Shown here one piece after another: positions 11,335 through 22,700 of a stretch of 64,000 nucleotides of DNA. The stretch is from Ascidiella aspersa (taxonomy: Eukaryota), in contig OZ004609.1 of NCBI GenBank assembly GCA_963924565.1, positions 26,288,001-26,352,000 of the forward strand, in the 5' to 3' direction. The notes beneath the pieces are model-generated. The model was not told the DNA's origin. It did no database searches and was given only the letters and a program-made list of their open reading frames with translations. The translations under genes and the position numbers were made by a program. Each line of letters opens with the position of its first letter. The first letter of the stretch is position 1.

Positions 11335-14300
11335 CTAAAATCCGACAGAATAATGGCGACAAAAGCTCAAGTTGTAAACGTTCAGTCGCGGCTTTCGGTA
11401 GCTGAGCGAAAGTGCCAGCTTGCGTGGCGGCGAGATCTTCGGGTTTCGTCTCCCCTCAGCCCTCAAGCCATCCTTGCTTAAACTGCTCATCGCCAGCGAC
11501 CACATGTGGCAGTAACGAGCATCGAGGTCGAGCGGGAAGTTGGTCACGTGCTCACCGTGACGGTCAAACACGGCGATCGACTTGGTGACGTCATCGCTGA
11601 CGAACACGTTGTCGTCCTCGTCGCAGCAGATTCCTTGTGGTAGCAGCGATCCCTTGCGACACCTGGTGTTCACTCCGGCCGTGTCAAATCGCCGCTTGAA
11701 TCTTCCGCTTCGCGAATCGAAAACCTGTCAAACAAATAATGTTTTTTCTATTTTTAAAAACCTACTCTATAGCCAATCTAAAGTTTTTCGTCTGAAAATA
11801 ACACTTGCCTTTATCGATTGATCCTTGCGATCCGATATCAAGATATTCGATTGAGAATCGGAGGTAATGAACCATGGCATTCGCAAATCTTGGCTCCTGC
11901 GTAGTTGAAATTTCGTTTAATATTGCGTCTGGTACTTTTATACGTTTGTAGTCACTATATGGGTTACAAAATCGTAGTTTGATTTTAATGGCTCTTTGAG
12001 TTTTCGGAAATTTTGTTTGAGGTAAGTTTGTATGTAGGCCAAACAAGGTAAAGATGAGGTCTTTCAAATCTGCATTATTTATCAAAAAGGTTCAGGTTTA
12101 GGTTTTGTGTTATGCACGGAAAATCAGCTTTTTGGCAAATCGCTTTGCTTTTATAACACTATAGATTTAACGCATTGGGTAACGATTTTTGTCGGTAGTT
12201 TTTTTTTAACTTAAAATCATTCAGAAAATCAGAAAAATAATGTTTAGTATCAGAGAGTTATTATGTGTATCTCAAACACACATAATTTCGAAACTGCTTT
12301 TTACCTTATGAGGACCGTTTGTCTTCCTTTCAACGGGTTTATTTCAATAATTTCAGGTTTCGAACCGAACTGAGAAGTCACTGTTCCGCTTCTTGGATCC
12401 CAAAGGGTAACGCATCTTCCGCTCATGTCCGTAACACACGTGGTAGCAAGCAGGCCGTTCTGTATTATTTTTTATAATATGTATAGGAGTAAGGTATATT
12501 CGGTAAAGAGGATAGAATCAGGAGTCAAAACCAAAGATGCCTGCAACTTGAACCTAGTCGTACTGCCAAAAGATAACGACAACTTTTTTTTGTTTTATCC
12601 GTTTTGTTTTATTTTTTTTGTTTTATCAGTGCAGTTCTAAGCAAAAAGGTCTACGACAATCAGTGCATTCAAGGATCAAAAAGTCCGACTTTTAGACTTT
12701 GAGGTCTTGGACAATGCACTAATTTGCATTAACAAATGTGCATAAGAAGATTAAGTTTAACAATACTTGACCCAACCAAACCCAAACGCTAACCAGCGCC
12801 CTAACCCAAATAATGTACGATAATTTAATAATTATAACGCTTCAGGCCCCAATACCTCAATTTGTGACGTAATAATCTTAAATACAATGGACGAGAAACC
12901 ATCCGAGTTTGGGCTTTTTTTCCCAGCATTTAAAGAATTATTAAAATAACGCACATTATTTGGGTTAGGATTCGGGTTAGCGTTAGGGTTTCGGTGGGTC
13001 AAGTGTTATTAATCCTATCTCATATTTTTTGTTATCTTTTCTGAACTTTTAATGAATATTTTTAATTTATCTTCGCCGGGAGTTTACCTAAAGGTCCAAA
13101 TCAGTGCATTGCCAGGACCTCAAGGTCTAAAAGTCTAGGCTTTTCTGCCATTGGATGCCCTGATTGTCGTAGACCTTTTTGCTTAGAAATGCACTGATTT
13201 CTAACGGATCGGGTGATTAATAACACAGTGCCGCGTAAAATTTGCGCGATGGCAATGATTTATTCAATTAGCTATAGCAAAAGAAATCAATCTGGTAAAA
13301 AATTTAGACATACAAATGTAACACTAGATCTAGATTATCAACGAAAGTTATCCTCAGTTTTAATTGCAGGTTGTCTGACGAACTATATACATCGAATATA
13401 TAGTTGACTCGCTTATGGATCAAATGAAGGATGAATGATCTGTTTCAAAAATTATTGTAACGGTACCGTTTTCATTCTAATGGCGAACAAGTCCCAGTCC
13501 TACCAACATCTCACCCGTTATTAACCTAATATATTACAGGGCCAATCAAAATCTTGCGAAAAGATTGTTTACCTGCATTCCAGTCACGTGACAGCAATTT
13601 TGCACGTTGCAATGTGTAAATTGCGCCACCCTGCGACCATCGACGTTCCAAAGTGAAATTCCGTCTCCGGTGCAGATCGCCACTGTGTCGTCACAGTTGT
13701 ACAGGGAAGATATGCCGAATAGGTAAACGTCTTTTGCTTCGTCTACATAAAAATATTGCGTAATAACAACTGCGCTCGCTTTCCAGCCCAAGTATAATGT
13801 ATATAAATTACCCGTAGGCCTATTTAAAAATAGTAATATTTTAACTATTCATTTTGCTTTAACAACTTGTTACTTGACATACCAACACAGCAGTTCTATA
13901 CAGTTTTATAGCTATATACACCAGAAGGAAGTGTAACCAAACCAATATTTTACATCGATTCGAATAATATTTATTACTCCAACCAATGAGCGGGTCACAT
14001 ACAAACGGTAAGAGACTGAATTTCGTGGACCAAAATATAAAGTAGGCCACCTAATGCCAATATGTCTGTTAGTAGCCTATGAGCAATATTAATTTGATAG
14101 TAGCCTACTTTATTTCGACCTGGAATGGAATCACCAAGTTTTCATTGCTAAATTATTTTAACAGAATGTTCTGACACGAATATTGCGTAACGAAAGGGAG
14201 GGGTAACTTTTCTAAATTCGTGATCCCAGGTCGACAAGAGGTTAAGCTAGCAAGTTACTATACGCTCACCCTCAAGTGGAAACTTGGTTACAGGTTTTCC

Positions 14301-16458
14301 GTCAAGACCGAAAACGGTAACTCGTCCCTTCTCGTGGTTTACCGAAGCGAATTCCGATGCGACCAGCAATCCCGATTGTGGGAGGAAGGTTACGTCTGGG
14401 ATGCTTTTGAATTCGAATCCCTGTATAAAATCATTCAAGATCAAAATCCTCTTTGTGGTTTTGTATTGAGTAACTATTAAAATGATTTAACATAAGGGCC
14501 AGGCTTTTGTTACACCTATTTACAGGAGCCCTACTTAAAGGCCTGTCGAATGCCAAGCGCTACGTGAAGTGTCTTAAAAATGTATCAAATATGGGTAAAA
14601 CGTAAATAAAACAATAGAAGGCGTAAAACAATGAAAAGAGGCCACATCTAAAAAGGGGCTATAAAAGTCAAATTGCAATAGTTTCGAATGTTTCTTTAGC
14701 TTCCCCAAACCCGACTGCCTTCATTTTTCTCAAAGTTTCACTTACAACCTCAACTGGGGGAAAAAGGTGTTAGTGTCGAATGTAAGCAATTTTTAGGTGC
14801 AAAAGGGACAAGAAATAAAACGTAAAAGGTGAGGTGCAGAAGTCAAAAAGCGATATAAGTTACGTAAGTAAGAAAGTAAGATTAAAAAGAATAACACACG
14901 TACAAGGGATAAAATAAAGAAACAACACCCACACACAAACGATAAAATAATCCGTGCAAAACTTTAGCGTTACGATTAAATCAAGTAAAAAAATGTAGTC
15001 TATTCAATATGCTTAACATATTTCGTTCTTCTATGCGTGATTTTCTATTTGTTTAACTTCGAATGGTTTCAATATTTATGTATTTTCAAGTAGGCATAAA
15101 GAATCGGTCGGCATTGCACAAGCAGCCATCTTAAGTTTTGCTCGAAGCATCCGTTTAAGTATGGAAATATCGAACTATATATATCTACTAATTTTAAGTT
15201 GTAACTTGTATGGTTTTAAGTTATTTGTTGATCCGCAGCATAAACATTGGACTTTGTAGACGCGAATAAATAAGCCGCTGCAATAAAAAGAGCAATTAAA
15301 TGCTTTCATAATTCATTGCAAAAATCTTTACAACGTCGAATCCTGCTGACGACAGCGGTAACGTGATGGGCTTTTTACCCGGCTAACAAAGCATGTAAAT
15401 AGTTCAGGAAATAAATGATGAAAATATTGCAAATCTCTGGAAAAAGTAATAATACCGCCACCTGAATCCAAACACTAACAAAAATTAATGCATAACCTCT
15501 ATTGGGTGTATGTGTCCCGAGCGAGCTAAATAGCATCTTATCTATGTTTGTTCTTGTCCGAATGCAGCCATTACGAGCGTAAAATGGCTTTTCCTGGTAA
15601 ACAGTGCGGTATAAAAAAATCCCACTTTGCAGACTAATTTTTAACTAATATATAAACCTTCATAACTGTCACATCATACGTACTTTGCGCTGATGGTCAA
15701 TTGCTATCCAGTTACTGATTTTTACCAGTACACATTACCTAACTGTCCAACGTACAGGTTACTGTTAAATACTATACAAAATAGCCCTTGTTTCTGTCTA
15801 GCGTTGAAGTTAATTCAAACCCGATTCGAACGCTTGACGCTATAGTGTGTATAAATCGCTTGCGTCTTAGTTTTGTTTTTATGTGAACTACCCCTAAACA
15901 CTTAATGTTAAACGTTAAACCTTGAAGTTTGCTGCTAGATCCATTATTGAGCCGCCGCCTTTAGTCCGTGCATCATTTTATTATAAATCATAATTTGTGA
16001 GGAAACGGTCGATTTTAAACACCACTAGCAAACCGTTCAAATTTACTACATAGATTTAAGTGAGGCTTTTAATCGGGTATTAATTTATAACACTTTAGGA
16101 TTTTATGCATATGGATCTACTTCAAAAGTAAACAGAGAGTTGTTAATAAATAATTAATTATTATGGCATATGTAGGTTTTGCTTTTTTGGTCTATTTGCT
16201 ATAGTTACTGTAGGTCTACAAAAATAAAATACAAAGAGCACTTACGCCACATTTTTCTTCCATTTCCTGCAAAAAGGATTTTCTTTTTGATCGAATCGGG
16301 ACAAGTTTCTTTCTCCAGTCAACAGGTTTGTCGTAGCCTACCCCATAACGAAGGCTCGCCACCACATTCCTGTATTTAAGTTCTGCCTCCTTGTGAGCCG
16401 ACACTAAAGTGTTCCATGCACACTTTTCTATCGACATGCTCGGCCAACCAAAGTTCAT
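11335..16458 (-). CDS. NHL-repeat beta-propeller protein; firm exons 14420-14270, 13742-13573, 12459-12305, 11896-11809, 11724-11335; tentative 5' exons 16458-16246 and 15382-15332
   Basis: The spliced product has NHL-type repeats (MPWFITSDSQSNILISDRKDQSIKVFD; LPQGICCDEDDNVFVSDDVTKSIAVFD; IPDVTFLPQSGLLVASE...GRVTVFGLDG). All phases are consistent. Structure between 14.4 and 16.2 kb is uncertain. Confidence 0.75.
12625..13198. mobile_element. Foldback-like MITE with ~100-bp imperfect TIRs
   Basis: atcagtgcagttctaagcaaaaaggtctacgacaatcag... mirrored by ...ctgattgtcgtagacctttttgcttagaaatgcactgat. Internal inverted GGGTTAG-rich modules. Confidence 0.85.
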
Positions 16459-17576
16459 GAAATATTACAATGCAAATTTAGACTACTGTACGTAAAACTA
16501 TTCTTTCTGGCGGCCTACATAGCAGATTGTAGAGCAAAACTACTCGTTTGTACGTAGAAGTTGACTCTCAATATCCTATGACCCGTTGCCGCAAAAAGAG
16601 ATATGTCACAAAACTCAGCGAACGTCGCCGAACAATAACCATGTAGCGTTTGTTGTAATACGATCTAATCTACTCACGCCATCTCATACGACGTCTTCTG
16701 TCATCAATCAAATACCAACCACATAGAATATCTTGATTTGATTGTCTCTTTTACTCGCTATCACAACTAAGGTAATTTTGTTGTAAGATACATTTTTTTA
16801 AGTGCAAAATTTCCTGGATTTTAAATTTGAATGATAGGCCTGTGCACAAAGGTGTTAGTGAAGAAAATATCCAGCTTATTTTGTTTATTACTGCAAACAT
16901 GTTTCTTAAATAAACGTAAGAATTATAGTCCTATTACTAAACTGCTACACGTGCAGTGCAGCTACTAGCTGTAAATTAAAAAAGTGTGACCTTTATTTAA
17001 GTGTTTGTTGGTTTTTTGACACCGCAATTATTGAATAAATGAAACCGAAGAAACGAAAAAAACACAATAGTAAGCAAATGGGCGCTGGTATAGAATCCTA
17101 CCACATTTTCGTCATGGGGTTTATATTGCTAACAATGTTTGAGTTAAGGTGAGAGTTAGCGTTTGGGTTTTGATGGGTCAAGCATTTTTCTTATATTTAT
17201 TCTTACATATTTATGGCTTTCATGCAATTTCAACTTTGACAACTCGTTTCGTTAGTGTTAAAATAAATGTGGTAATCTAGACCAGCGCCAGTGAATGCCT
17301 ATAAAACTCGCGTTGCAACCCTGCATGACGTTTAAAATTGTCTTTAAATTTGCTTCAAATAAAGAATACAGAAAGCACCGGCAGGTGTCGCAAAAGGGAC
17401 GATTGCGACAGACGCTATCTCGTGTTGATTTTACGGCGTGCTGAATTCCAGTAAGGTTTGTCTGGTGTCGAGGCGACACTACTAACGTGCGGCAGAGTTG
17501 TTTGAGCAGGTGTGCGGTGTAGTGCGTGTCGGTCGTAAACGTTTCGTTGTCCGAACGCGATTATTTAACAAGACAG
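16459..17576. promoter_or_regulatory. Divergent intergenic/promoter region between the NHL gene and CTU2
   Basis: Head-to-head arrangement with CpG-rich patches at ~16500-16700 and ~17300-17570. Confidence 0.5.
17081..17289. mobile_element. MITE, same family as 2829-4269
   Basis: ggcgctggtatagaatcctaccac / gtggtaatctagaccagcgcc. Confidence 0.75.
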
Positions 17577-18860
17577 ATGTGTCAAGTGCAGGAGAGTGGC
17601 GACCAACCCGTCGTTAAGGAAAAACTCAAGTTCAGCAAGCTGTGTACGAAATGCGACGAAAGAGCCATAATTGTGGTTGGCACCAACGGCACGTTTTGCC
17701 GCGAATGCTTCGAAAAGTATTTTACGCACAAGTTTCGCGCTTCGATGGGTAAAAACCCGATCGTAAGGCACGGGAACAAGGTCGCCGTTGCCTACAGCGG
17801 CGGTGCCAATTCTTCCGCCCTACTGAACTTGATCAAAGACGGATTAAGTCCCCAAGCTGTCAGGAAATTAAAGTTTCAAGCCGGCGTTATCTTTGTGGAT
17901 GAAAGTTGCGCCTATGATGGCACTGCGGAAAATAGTAACGCAACGAAGGAAATTGAAAGTGTTCTTAAAACGGTAGGTTTTCCATACCACATTTTAAAAA
18001 TTGAAAGTGTGTTTACCTTTGACAATTGCTATTCTTCTGAACTGGATGAAAATGAGGCAATAGCCCCCCGTGAAAGACTAAGAAAGCTGCTTAGCTCTTG
18101 TTTAACGCTTACAAGTAAAATGGAACTGTTGTCCAGATTAAGACTTGTACTGCTATCATGGAAAGCCAAAGTGCTTGGATATGACCATGTTTTTTTGGGC
18201 GAATGCTGTTCCAGGTTGGCAGTTCACATTTTGACCAATGTAGCTTTAGGAAGAGGGGTTCACATACCTCAGGATTCGGGATTCTCTGATGAAAACAGAT
18301 TTAAACCGAATGGTGTCAACGTTTTAAGGCCATTGCGTGACATCACCTCTAAAGAAATCATTGTGTACAATATGATTCATAAAGTGCAAACTGTGTTTAT
18401 ACCCAATTTGTCCACCGAAAAAGATGCAATGTCCAGTATACAAAGACTGACAGAAGACTTTGTTTCCAAGCTGGTTGCAGGTTACCCGGCGACGGAAACA
18501 ACTGTGTTCCGTACATCCAACAAATTAAAGGCAAAACAAGTTCAGGGAAATGCTGCAGTGGAGGGGTACAATAATGAGAACAATAAGAAGTGTCTGGTGT
18601 GTCATGGAACTATTGATTGTTGTCTAAAACCAGACCGGCCATCTGCTGTTGAGGACTCTTTGTTGTCGGAGGGTATAAGTAGTGGAAAGTACCTCAACAA
18701 CAGTGACTACTCACCTGCTATTGCTTTAACAGTTGAGTCCTCGACACTCTGTCATGCCTGCAGAATTATGTCAAGAGAATTAACTGACTCTGTTCAGAGC
18801 ATGTGGCCCCAAAATTTATCAGCAATGTTAGGAAACTTAGATGTCAATACTATGCCATGA
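17577..18860 (+). CDS. CTU2: Cytoplasmic tRNA 2-thiolation protein 2; single coding exon
   Basis: Starts MCQV. CxKC...FCRECF...HKFRASMGKN, degenerate PP-loop AYSGGANSSALL, RLAVHILTNVALGRG, LRPLRD, SIQRLTEDF...FRTSNKL, C-terminal CxxC/LCHAC. AATAAA near 19377. Confidence 0.93.
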   Translation: MCQVQESGDQPVVKEKLKFSKLCTKCDERAIIVVGTNGTFCRECFEKYFTHKFRASMGKNPIVRHGNKVAVAYSGGANSSALLNLIKDGLSPQAVRKLKFQAGVIFVDESCAYDGTAENSNATKEIESVLKTVGFPYHILKIESVFTFDNCYSSELDENEAIAPRERLRKLLSSCLTLTSKMELLSRLRLVLLSWKAKVLGYDHVFLGECCSRLAVHILTNVALGRGVHIPQDSGFSDENRFKPNGVNVLRPLRDITSKEIIVYNMIHKVQTVFIPNLSTEKDAMSSIQRLTEDFVSKLVAGYPATETTVFRTSNKLKAKQVQGNAAVEGYNNENNKKCLVCHGTIDCCLKPDRPSAVEDSLLSEGISSGKYLNNSDYSPAIALTVESSTLCHACRIMSRELTDSVQSMWPQNLSAMLGNLDVNTMP

Positions 18861-19776
18861 AATTATGTAAAACTGTACTAACGTTACTCTTGAAGATTTT
18901 CCTAATGATGTCATGCTCATTCCCAGACTAGCCACTATCAGTTTTGCAAATGATGCTGTAATTGCTATTATGGATTATCTTGGTGTTAAGTAGACGTCTC
19001 CCAAGTGTAATTGACAGGCGCTAGATAAAAGCGCCCCCTATTATCTTAAGCCACTTGAGAGACACACTGTCTTTATTCCACTGCCAGACTTATTTCTGTG
19101 CAGAAATAGCAGAATTGCAATAGAAATGTTTTGTTGTTTTATTAAGGTTTTAATATTGGTTAAATCAAATATATACTTACCACAGTATATAACAATTGTT
19201 TTGTATTTTGTTTCGTTGCAATTTAAACTGTTAGGATAATATTGATTTGTTTTTTAAGTTGGGTAATCGTGAAAAAGCAAAGTTTTTTGTTTTTTGTTGA
19301 TATTTGTATATTTTGTGGTATTTTCAACATTAATGAGAAAGTTATTATAGTTTTGATATTTCACTGTATGGCCATAAATAAATCAAGAGTAGTAGTTTCT
19401 TAGTAAAACATAATATCCATTAGCCAACCAATTGCTTATGATTTTGTTTCCATTGACATACTGTTGTTATTTCAGTCATACAAATGCAGTCATCCATAGT
19501 CCCAAACATTTCACTGCCCCTTTTTGGCCCCAATGTGATGTGAAGCGCATACTGTCTGTTCATTTTTAGAAGTAACTTTCTCCCATGGTATGGTATGTAA
19601 TATTTTTTGCATCTAAAACATGGCGATGAAGTGCGAACATTAAAATTTAAGTTAGGGTGGTGCATTTACTCTCTTGACTCTCTTTTCCAGGTTGTAGGTG
19701 ATTTAATACTTTGCCATTGTAATGCAATATCTCTTCACAAGTGACAGTTTAGCGCTTGACTAAAAATCCTCAGTTT

Positions 19777-22700
19777 ATGACGTGCGCTGAGCCGCTGATA
19801 CCAGCTGTAGAAATGAACTGTGAAGAATCGGGTATACCTGATGTCAGTGATGTTGACGTTTCACAATTTATTGACAACTTGCTTCAGCGAGTATGTGCTG
19901 ACCTTTCTTCTGAATCTGTGATGGTGGAGACGCAGGGTTGTTCAACCCAAGCTACCACAAAAAACAAAAGTAAATCATCAATGATTAAAGACCTTTGTGT
20001 GCAGTCAAACTGCCCAGTGCCATTATCCAACCACTCAACAAATCTACTGTTGGATTCCTTTGATGATTGTGCCCTCACCATACAAAGCATGTTGGATTCT
20101 TTAGAAGAAAACAATAACAACAATGGCGCCAACTCACTGGTGGAGAATCCTCCAGTATCAGTTTCAAATTGCTGGCGGAAGCAAAGCGATGTTCCCACCA
20201 CCCCAATAGAAATAAAAGACTTGTCACTGTCGGCTGATCCATTCAAAACTGAAAATAATACTAAACCTGCCAATGGTAGTTTAGGTTTAAAATGCAATAT
20301 ATCCAAACACCAATACCACATTACCTCCAGTCCAACTATCAGTGATACTGAAAGTGACAATTCCAAAGTCGAAACACCTCAATCCCGACTTAGTGACAAT
20401 TGTTCACCCTCGGAGGGTGCTTCCGAAAATATAAAGTGGGATGGAAGTCTGTTTAAAACCACAGTTCCGGTTGGGTGGTTAAGCACACTGAGCAACAGAA
20501 AGCATAGGAATTATTCCACCTCAAACAAATCACAAACACGGCAAGAGGACTTTGTCTATTGTGGCCCAACCAAACACCTGGACAACCTCAGTAACACAGG
20601 TTGGTTGCCTTGTCCAATATGACACAGTTTTTGTGCAACAATACTTTTGTTCACATACTTAATTATGGATATAACCAACAGCTAAATACCACTCTTCATA
20701 AGTAAAATGTTTTGTTAAAGTTCCTGCTCACCTTGCAGTGTTTATTTTTCTCCCTTTGCATGTAGCCTTAGGACAGGTCACCTGGTGCCTATTATTTTCA
20801 TTCACTGGGCAAACACAAAATGATTTTAACAGGCTTTTTGTTATTCTTTCTTTGTAGACATTAACAGCAACGTTATGATGGAATCATTTAACTGTTCTGT
20901 TTTGCTTGGGACACCAACCCAGGCCAGTGAAGTGCCCATTGAAATATTATATTCTGGCATCGCATTGACACCAGGTACGGCTTAACAACTATAGTAGATT
21001 AGGGTATTCCGTTTCGTCAAACATATATGTAACCTATAGAAAATAATCGTATTGCAAACGTAAGCTATTAGCTTGTTTTTGGATAATATAACTTTTGTTG
21101 TGTCCACTAACAAATTTTTACACTTTTGAGTAGAGAAATTATATGACACTGGTTACACAGTGTTTATTCAAGCTGGGTCACATATCACATTATGTTTTAG
21201 GATGATTCATTTGGAATCAAACAAGACCTGTCACGCACTTTCATTGTTACGAGGTCACGTTCTTTTAGTGCAAACACTCACAAGTCGAAAGTCAAACACA
21301 ACATTACACAATTATGTGTAATAAATGTCCCACTCATTCTGTGTCATAAAAGTGCCACTGGCAGTCATTGCACTGAATGTTTAGTGCCTCTGGAGAAATG
21401 GGCTGAAATTTGAGAACACTTCTCAGTATATTTTGTTCAACACAAACTATGTGTATGTAAAACTCTGACAATGTCCAAGTTATGGTAGAACACCTCTAAA
21501 ATCGTCAATTCACAAGACCTATAATTATTTTTGCAGGTGTATTGGATATGCATAACAACCCTGTTCTTATTGTGATCTGTGATGACATCGTTTGGCAAAA
21601 GTGTGACTCCGGTGCAATAGGACTTGCTCAGTTTTTCCTTTATCTAAGGTAGTTTAATAAATGTACAAAACAAATGTTTGCATCTGGTTGTTTATTTCTT
21701 TTAACTAAGCTACAGTTTTTTTGTTAATAAATTGATGGTGTATCAAATTAAATTTAACCAGCATCATTTAAAAATATGAGTTAGTGAAGGCTTACATACC
21801 TTGTAAAGGCTTAACCAAACTTTTTTGTTTTATCAGCCAAAGAATGTCAAACATGTCACTTCTTTTAGATGAACGAAACCACAGTTCATTGTCTTTAAAA
21901 AATATTCTTGATTCGTTAAACATTTTTCAGGTAATTGCATTTTTGTGTAGAAATTATACAAGTGTAATTTCAATATTATTGTTAGAATTTATGATTATTC
22001 TATGTCTTAAAATGCAAGCAATTTTGCTTACATTATATTTAAAAAGGTTGTCTTTTAATAAAAACAGTATATTTTAATCCTTTATTTTAGAGCAACGGAC
22101 ACTTTCTAATACAAAACTTATTTGTATTGGGGGACCACAACCTTAATTTAGAGCAAACCCTGCAAGATATCTTCAGCATTCAGGTGACTAAATATTTTTT
22201 AGCATTACTGTATATATATTATAATATTATTTCTCAGTTTGGCCGGTCTTAGTATTCCACTACCTTACGTTGTGCATTTTGTAATATTTAAATTTATTAT
22301 ATATACTGACTCTCTGTTTTGCTTAAACACAAAGTAAAAACTACAAACAATGCCCATAAAAGCAATATTTCAATGGTTTTACTTTTAAAATAAACGTAAA
22401 TCTTATTTAAACTTGACAACCATTAAGTTCATCATTGCCTTTTTACGGTATTAGCTATGTTTTGCAGTGCACTACCGTCAGGTCTGTTAACAATTTGGAT
22501 CTCTACATTGATGTAAAACATCTTCCTATCCAGCTTGGAGGCCCATACACATATTCCCACGCTGACTGGGTCCAAAGTAGACTGGTAAGACTTTCAATGT
22601 AACTCTGAACTTGACACCAACGATGAACGATGATCAAACTAAATAATTTTTTCGACTACATGGAAATTACTTTGTCAAGTGTTACAATGTTTGCAGCTAT

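Noticed and set aside
11762-12085. 107-aa minus-strand ORF
   Set aside because: The real NHL exon (11896-11809) is read in a different frame; the rest is intron.
18940-18980. SECIS-like ATGA...GA hairpin after the CTU2 TGA
   Set aside because: No apical AA motif or correct helix length; CTU2 is not a known selenoprotein.
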